Source: Polyangiales bacterium (GTDB lineage Bacteria; Myxococcota_A; Polyangia; Polyangiales; Polyangiaceae). Taken from it: DNA of 64,000 nt. The position numbers and the translations under genes are program-made. Positions 59,018-64,000 of the stretch are shown piece by piece (within the stretch, counting starts at the first letter, position 1; each line of letters begins with the position of its first letter). The notes beneath the pieces were generated by a model that was not told where the DNA came from, made no database searches, and was given only the letters and a program-made list of their open reading frames with translations. Location of the stretch: the NCBI GenBank assembly GCA_038230375.1, contig JBBRNJ010000003.1, positions 128,001-192,000 of the forward strand. The letters run 5' to 3'.

Positions 59018-60731
59018 CGGCGTCGATCGTGTAGGGCGGATCGCAGTCGTCCTTCGGGGGCTTCACGATGTGCACGGTACCGGTGCCGCCCGTTCCGTTC
59101 CATTTGATGATGGGCTTCCCGCTGGCGGACGGCGCTACGGACGGAACGGTTGCTGCGGAGGACATGGACGAGGGAATGGACGAGGGAACGGCGGATGGAC
59201 GGGGTGGCGCGCTGGAGACGGACGATGCAGGTGCGCCTGCGTCGAGCGGGAGATCGCCGACGGTGGGGACGAACGTCGGGGTGCCCGGAGGAACAGGACC
59301 GCCCACGCCGATCTTGCGCGGCGCATAACGCCAGACCGCGAAGCCTCCGCCGCCGAGGAGCAAGAAGGCCAGCAGCATGAGCGCGATCACGGTACCGCCG
59401 CGTCGCTTCGGGGCCTGGTCGCCCATCGACATCGCGCCCTGTGTCGAGAGCTCGGGCGGCGCGATGGGGAAGCCGCCAGACGTGCGCGGGTGCTGCACCG
59501 GCGGGATGGACTGGATCGAGCCGACGCTGGGCGTGTTGTCGGAGATGAGAGGGTACGGCGACGATCGCTGCGCTTGCGGTTGCTGCTGCTGTGGCGCTGC
59601 CATGTTGGACGACACGTCCGCGTACATTCGTCGCGAGCCGGTGCTCGGGCCAGAGGCGTGCGAGACCTGCGAAGGGTTGGTGCCTGGCGACGTGGTCTCG
59701 GCGCTCATGGTGCGCATGCCGCTGCCGGGCGGAACCGTGGCCTTGGACAGCGATCCGAATGCGCCGGACATCTCGGCGCCGGAGGACGCTTCGGTGATGT
59801 CGCGGCTCTCGATGTCGCTGATGCGGCGCGCGCGCTTCTCGATCGCCTCGTGCGCCAGCTCACGCACCCAGTCGCCCAGCTCGGAAGCGGACACCAGGCC
59901 GCCGTTGCGCTCCAGCTCCTGCGCCATGATCTTCGCGGAGGCGTAGCGACGTGACGGATCGAACTGGAGCGCGGTCATCGTGATCTCGTCGAGCACCTTC
60001 GGGACGTTCGGATTCACGGTGCTGGGCGGTTGGATCTGCGCCGCCATGATCTTCGGGATGATCGATGCCTCGTTGTCGCCGTCGAAGAGCCTGCGCGCCG
60101 CGAGCAGCTCCCACATCATGACGCCCGCCGAGTACACGTCGGAGCGACGCGACACCTCTCGCCCCGCGAGCTGCTCCGGGGACATGTATGCGATCTTGCC
60201 CTTGAGCGAGCCGTCGCGGGTGTTCTGCAGACGTCCCGCGGCCTTCGCGACGCCAAAGTCGAACACGCGGGGCACGCCGTCCAGGCCCACGAGGACGTTC
60301 TGCGGGGACACGTCGCGGTGGACGATGTTGAGCGCTTCGCCCCGCTCATCTGTGGCGTCATGGGCAGCGTGCAGCCCGTGCAGTGCGCCCGCCATGATCG
60401 CGAGCGCGTATTTCAGCGGGATGATTCGCCCCCGTGCCTTCTCGGCGCGCACGAGCCGGGAGAGCGATTCGCCCTGGATGTACTCCATGACGATGAAGAT
60501 CTCGTCGCCGGCGACGACGTCGATCGTGGGGATGACGTTGGTGTGGCGAATACGCGCGGCAAGGCGCGCCTCGTCCAGGAACATGGTCACGAAGTCGTCT
60601 TCGCGCGCGAGGTGTTTGTGGAGCCGCTTGATCGCGACCACCCGCGAAAACCCCACGGGGCCGCTCAATCGACCGAAATGGACAGATGCCATTCCGCCCG
60701 AGGCGATCTCGTCGAAGAGAACGTACCCCAT
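58974..60731 (-). CDS. Membrane Ser/Thr protein kinase (cassette 3)
   Basis: IASGGMA, VAIK, HRDVSPQN, DFG, GKIAYMSPEQ; TM; tail CDPPYTIDADGHKSYKRNCLGQP. Confidence 0.95.
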   Translation of the reverse strand: MGYVLFDEIASGGMASVHFGRLSGPVGFSRVVAIKRLHKHLAREDDFVTMFLDEARLAARIRHTNVIPTIDVVAGDEIFIVMEYIQGESLSRLVRAEKARGRIIPLKYALAIMAGALHGLHAAHDATDERGEALNIVHRDVSPQNVLVGLDGVPRVFDFGVAKAAGRLQNTRDGSLKGKIAYMSPEQLAGREVSRRSDVYSAGVMMWELLAARRLFDGDNEASIIPKIMAAQIQPPSTVNPNVPKVLDEITMTALQFDPSRRYASAKIMAQELERNGGLVSASELGDWVRELAHEAIEKRARRISDIESRDITEASSGAEMSGAFGSLSKATVPPGSGMRTMSAETTSPGTNPSQVSHASGPSTGSRRMYADVSSNMAAPQQQQPQAQRSSPYPLISDNTPSVGSIQSIPPVQHPRTSGGFPIAPPELSTQGAMSMGDQAPKRRGGTVIALMLLAFLLLGGGGFAVWRYAPRKIGVGGPVPPGTPTFVPTVGDLPLDAGAPASSVSSAPPRPSAVPSSIPSSMSSAATVPSVAPSASGKPIIKWNGTGGTGTVHIVKPPKDDCDPPYTIDADGHKSYKRNCLGQP

Positions 60732-60756
60732 AGAGGGTGCAGGATATCGGGGATCG

Positions 60757-61614
60757 CTATTGACTGTCGAACGTTACGTTGTCGAAGGCCATCTCACACT
60801 GCGCATTCGTCCCGCTACCGTCCGGGCCAAGGGAGACGACAGCATTGCCGGCAGCCATGAACGGCACCTGCGTCTGGGCCTTCAATACCGGCACCCCGTT
60901 GAAGGTGATGTCGACCATGGCGGCGGCAGGATTGCTCAATTTCACGTCGATCCGGATCCACTCTTTGAGCTTGGGCTGCTGGGTGAGCGTGGCTGGAATG
61001 AATAGCGAACCCCCGTCCCCGACATTGGTTACCACCTGGCCCCACACCAGTCCGTTGTTGCCGTAGAGCAGGCCGAACACCGCCTCCGTGGAGGGAGAGA
61101 GGGCGAAGATGGTGATGCCTCCGCCCTTCGCGCTGCAGGAGGTGAGGCGGAAGTCGAAGGAGAAGTCGAGCGTCTTCCAGTTGATGAGCGGCCGCACCCT
61201 CTGGGAGAGGTACGCGCCCTGGAGGATCGCCGCGGAGTTGTTTGACTTGATCAGCGAATGGAACGAAGCAGGCGGGCTTACGTACTCGTTCGTGGTGAGG
61301 TTCGATGTGCCACCGTCGGTCTGTTGGATGGTCCAGCCGTCGCTGTCGAGCGCGCCGTTGTCGAACGTGCTGCAGATCAGGTGCGAGCCGTTGCAGTTGA
61401 ATGGGACGGCCGCGTCGCCGCCTGCCTCCGCGCCGATTGCCACGTCTGGCGTGTCCGCGTCCGCCAGCCCCTTGCCGTCGGCGATGCCGCTGAAGTCGGC
61501 GGTCACGTAGCAAGCCGAGCCGATGACGGCGACGAGGCAGCTCGCAAACGCGAGGGTCGCGCGGCGCGTGCTCGGGCGGGCGAAGCGCCCCTTGTCTTCC
61601 CGGTGCTCCCTCAT
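60757..61614 (-). CDS. Lipoprotein with beta-rich domain (cassette 3)
   Basis: VIGSAC lipobox; DA-rich linker; FNCNGSHLICSTFDNG..FDNVTFD, suggestive of a jelly-roll fold. Confidence 0.78.
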   Translation of the reverse strand: MREHREDKGRFARPSTRRATLAFASCLVAVIGSACYVTADFSGIADGKGLADADTPDVAIGAEAGGDAAVPFNCNGSHLICSTFDNGALDSDGWTIQQTDGGTSNLTTNEYVSPPASFHSLIKSNNSAAILQGAYLSQRVRPLINWKTLDFSFDFRLTSCSAKGGGITIFALSPSTEAVFGLLYGNNGLVWGQVVTNVGDGGSLFIPATLTQQPKLKEWIRIDVKLSNPAAAMVDITFNGVPVLKAQTQVPFMAAGNAVVSLGPDGSGTNAQCEMAFDNVTFDSQ

Positions 61615-61636
61615 CGGACACTCAATCGTACCACGC

Positions 61637-63007
61637 TCAGCGACGGTTACTCAGTTTGCGGCGGGCCCGCCTTCGTGCGGCGAGCGCCAGCGCCAGTACA
61701 GAAGCCCCCATTCCGCCGACGGCAACGCCCGAGGGCACGGAAAGGAGCTCCATGGAGCACCCACCTCCGCCCGCGCCGAGCTTCGTGGTCGGACCTGCAT
61801 CCGCGTTGCCCGCGCCGCCGTCAGCGACCCCGGCTTCGACCCCCATGGTGATGCCGAGCGCTGCCTCCTGCGTGGGCCAGTCGGCGGTGCAGAGCTCGTG
61901 GGTCGGCGTGCCCGCTGGACACGAGAGAGGACCGCGCACGCCAGAGAGATGAAGGCGCGGCTCGAACGTCTTGCCGTCATCCGTGGAGACGCCCGCCGTG
62001 AAGCCGCTGAACTCGTTCGAGCAGGCCCAGAGCAGGCCCTTCTGGTAGCCAAGGCACTGCACCTGCAGGCTGGACACCTTCGCGAACGAGAGGTCCTTTG
62101 CGGTCGCCGAGTAGAGACCGTCGTTCGGTCCACCCACGAAGACCTTCGTGCCGTCGTCGCTCAGCGCAAACCCCTGGAGCGGTCCCTTGCTCGTGAACGC
62201 GACCTTCCACGTCTTCCCGCCATCCATGGAGACGAGCAGCCGCGCCGGGTCCACCTGCGAGCCGTTCGTGCGGACGTAGACGATGTCCTTGTTCTGCGGA
62301 TCGAGCGCGGCGATGAACGGTGCCCGCTCCTTGCCCACGAGCGGAACGGCGCGCTCGACGAACGACATGCCGCCGTCGTCGGAGACCAGGATCACACCCT
62401 GCGGAGTGGCGCCGCTGCCGCGCGCGCCGGAGACATATACGCGCGTCGCGTCCGCTTGCGACCAGTCGACCGTCTCCACGAGGATCGTCGGGTCCAGGTC
62501 CGCGCCCTTCTTCGCCCACGTCTTGCCGCTGTCGGTGCTCGTGAACACCTTCGACGTGAAGAACGCGTTCCCCGCGTCGTCCGTCATGTTGGCGAAGTTC
62601 GAGGTGATGACGACCGCGGCGGTGTACGTGTCCTTGCGCACAGCGATGTCGATGAAGTTCGCGTCGGCGAGATCACCGCCGACGAACGCGAACGTGCATG
62701 CGCCGTCGTGCGTGACGCCCAGGCCCTCGAACGTGGTGGTGGCCACCGTGCCGTCCGCGAACACGCCGAACGACGGATCCTCGGGGCCATTGAGGCCAAG
62801 CGCGCGCTCGCAGATCCAGTCCCACGCGTGTCCGGAGTCCTTCGCGACCAGCGCGCCGAACGTGGTGCGCATGTAGATGGTGCCCGGCGTGGTCGGGTGG
62901 AACGCGAAGGCGTTCGAGGCGGGGAGGCGCCCGTTCGCGCGCGACGACCCGCTGCAGAGGAGGAGAGCGCCAAGGGCACCAGCGAGGAGGGCGTGCTTCA
63001 TACTCAC
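61637..63007 (-). CDS. BNR/Asp-box repeat protein with MYXO-CTERM-like sorting tail
   Basis: STDSGKTW, SDDGGMSF, SMDGGKTW, STDDGKTF; GGGGCS..hydrophobic..RRRARRK. Confidence 0.85.
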   Translation of the reverse strand: MSMKHALLAGALGALLLCSGSSRANGRLPASNAFAFHPTTPGTIYMRTTFGALVAKDSGHAWDWICERALGLNGPEDPSFGVFADGTVATTTFEGLGVTHDGACTFAFVGGDLADANFIDIAVRKDTYTAAVVITSNFANMTDDAGNAFFTSKVFTSTDSGKTWAKKGADLDPTILVETVDWSQADATRVYVSGARGSGATPQGVILVSDDGGMSFVERAVPLVGKERAPFIAALDPQNKDIVYVRTNGSQVDPARLLVSMDGGKTWKVAFTSKGPLQGFALSDDGTKVFVGGPNDGLYSATAKDLSFAKVSSLQVQCLGYQKGLLWACSNEFSGFTAGVSTDDGKTFEPRLHLSGVRGPLSCPAGTPTHELCTADWPTQEAALGITMGVEAGVADGGAGNADAGPTTKLGAGGGGCSMELLSVPSGVAVGGMGASVLALALAARRRARRKLSNRR

Positions 63008-63206
63008 GCCCTTTCACATACCAGATGAGCAATGCCGAAGCTGAGGCACCCGCGATCCAGGCGCGATGGAAGTCCTCGGATCCGGCGAGAATCACCTACA
63101 TGCAAAATTCCGCCGCAAGAATACGGCTCCAACCGCTCCCGAGCATGGACCGTTCTCTGCACGTATGGTGGTTGCTCGCTTCACTGGACTCGGGAGGCAC
63201 TCGATC

Positions 63207-64000
63207 ATGCGCAAGGCGTTCTGCAGCATTCTGGCGGTGGTGGTGGTCGGTGCAAGCGTCATCGCGTGCGGCGGCGGTGACTCCTCTTCGTCGGATGGCA
63301 CGTTCGGCCCCGCCGGCTACCCCGCGAATGGCTCCGGCAACGGCGCCGGCAACGGCGGCAACGGCGGCAGCCTTGGCGGTTCTGGTGGCGGCACTGGCGG
63401 TGGCACCGGCGGCGGCAACATGGGCGTGAACGCGATGTGCGCGACGTCCACGCTCGGCGCGACGGCGGCTCCGCTCCACCTGGTCTTCGTGCTCGATCGC
63501 TCCGGCAGCATGTGTGAGTACACCCCGAGCACCAACCCGCGCGACTGCACGAATCCCAACTCCAAGTGGCAGCAGGCGACGAACGCGATGAAGACGTTCA
63601 TCGCAAGCCCGGATTCGCGCGGCATCAAGGCGTCGATGATCGTGTTCCCGTACGTCGACGGCGGTCAGTGCGACTCCAACAAGTACGTGACGCCCATCAC
63701 GGCCGAGGTCACGCTGCCGGATACGACCACCATCGGACCGGCGATCGACCAGCACGTCGCCCAGAGCGGTCAGACCCCCACGATGAACGCGCTCGACGGC
63801 GCGGTGAAGTACGCGAACTCGATCATGATGGCGACGGGCGGCAAGGAGAAGGTCGCGATCGTGATCGCCACCGACGGCGTGCCGCAAGGCTGCTCCGATG
63901 ACGGCAGCATCAACCCCGCGTCGAACATCGTGAAGACGGTCGCGGGAACCATCCCCACCTACGTGATCGGCGTTGGCGGGCAGACCGGCGACCTGAACAC
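63207..64000 (+). CDS. VWA-domain lipoprotein (3' end runs off the window)
   Basis: Read manually: GGAGG RBS, MRKAFCSILAVVVVGASVIAC, Gly linker, FVLDRSGSM (MIDAS), QTPT, IATDG.P. Confidence 0.88.
   Translation, partial: MRKAFCSILAVVVVGASVIACGGGDSSSSDGTFGPAGYPANGSGNGAGNGGNGGSLGGSGGGTGGGTGGGNMGVNAMCATSTLGATAAPLHLVFVLDRSGSMCEYTPSTNPRDCTNPNSKWQQATNAMKTFIASPDSRGIKASMIVFPYVDGGQCDSNKYVTPITAEVTLPDTTTIGPAIDQHVAQSGQTPTMNALDGAVKYANSIMMATGGKEKVAIVIATDGVPQGCSDDGSINPASNIVKTVAGTIPTYVIGVGGQTGDLN

Overview
GC-rich window with dense coding, most likely from a myxobacterium of the Polyangiales (Sorangium/Labilithrix-like). This is inferred from the many Ser/Thr kinases, Cys-rich lipoproteins, PEGA/TPR proteins, an AgmX/PglI-type domain and a MYXO-CTERM-like tail. 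Housekeeping genes include an aldehyde dehydrogenase (partial), a GlcD-like oxidase, a 2-oxoacid dehydrogenase E2, rsmB, rseP, purQ/purL, a thiolase and scpA/scpB. These are interspersed with accessory envelope genes. I found no rRNA, tRNA, CRISPR array or transposase. The strongest candidate for an undescribed system is a cassette that recurs three times: variable surface lipoprotein + single-pass Ser/Thr kinase + secreted helical/PEGA protein ending in Phe. In it the kinase's terminal peptide (CDPPY..D..G.K.YK..C in two copies, DPNGFGDRK in the third) co-varies with the type of partner protein. Other points of note: a thiolase with its second catalytic Cys replaced by Ser, an orphan FliR/SctT gene, four co-oriented GARGTC hexamer arrays, a lower-GC lectin-like island, a LITAF-like Zn-knuckle membrane protein, divergent purQ/purL without purS, and three damaged genes. 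All family assignments come from motif recognition by eye; no searches were run.
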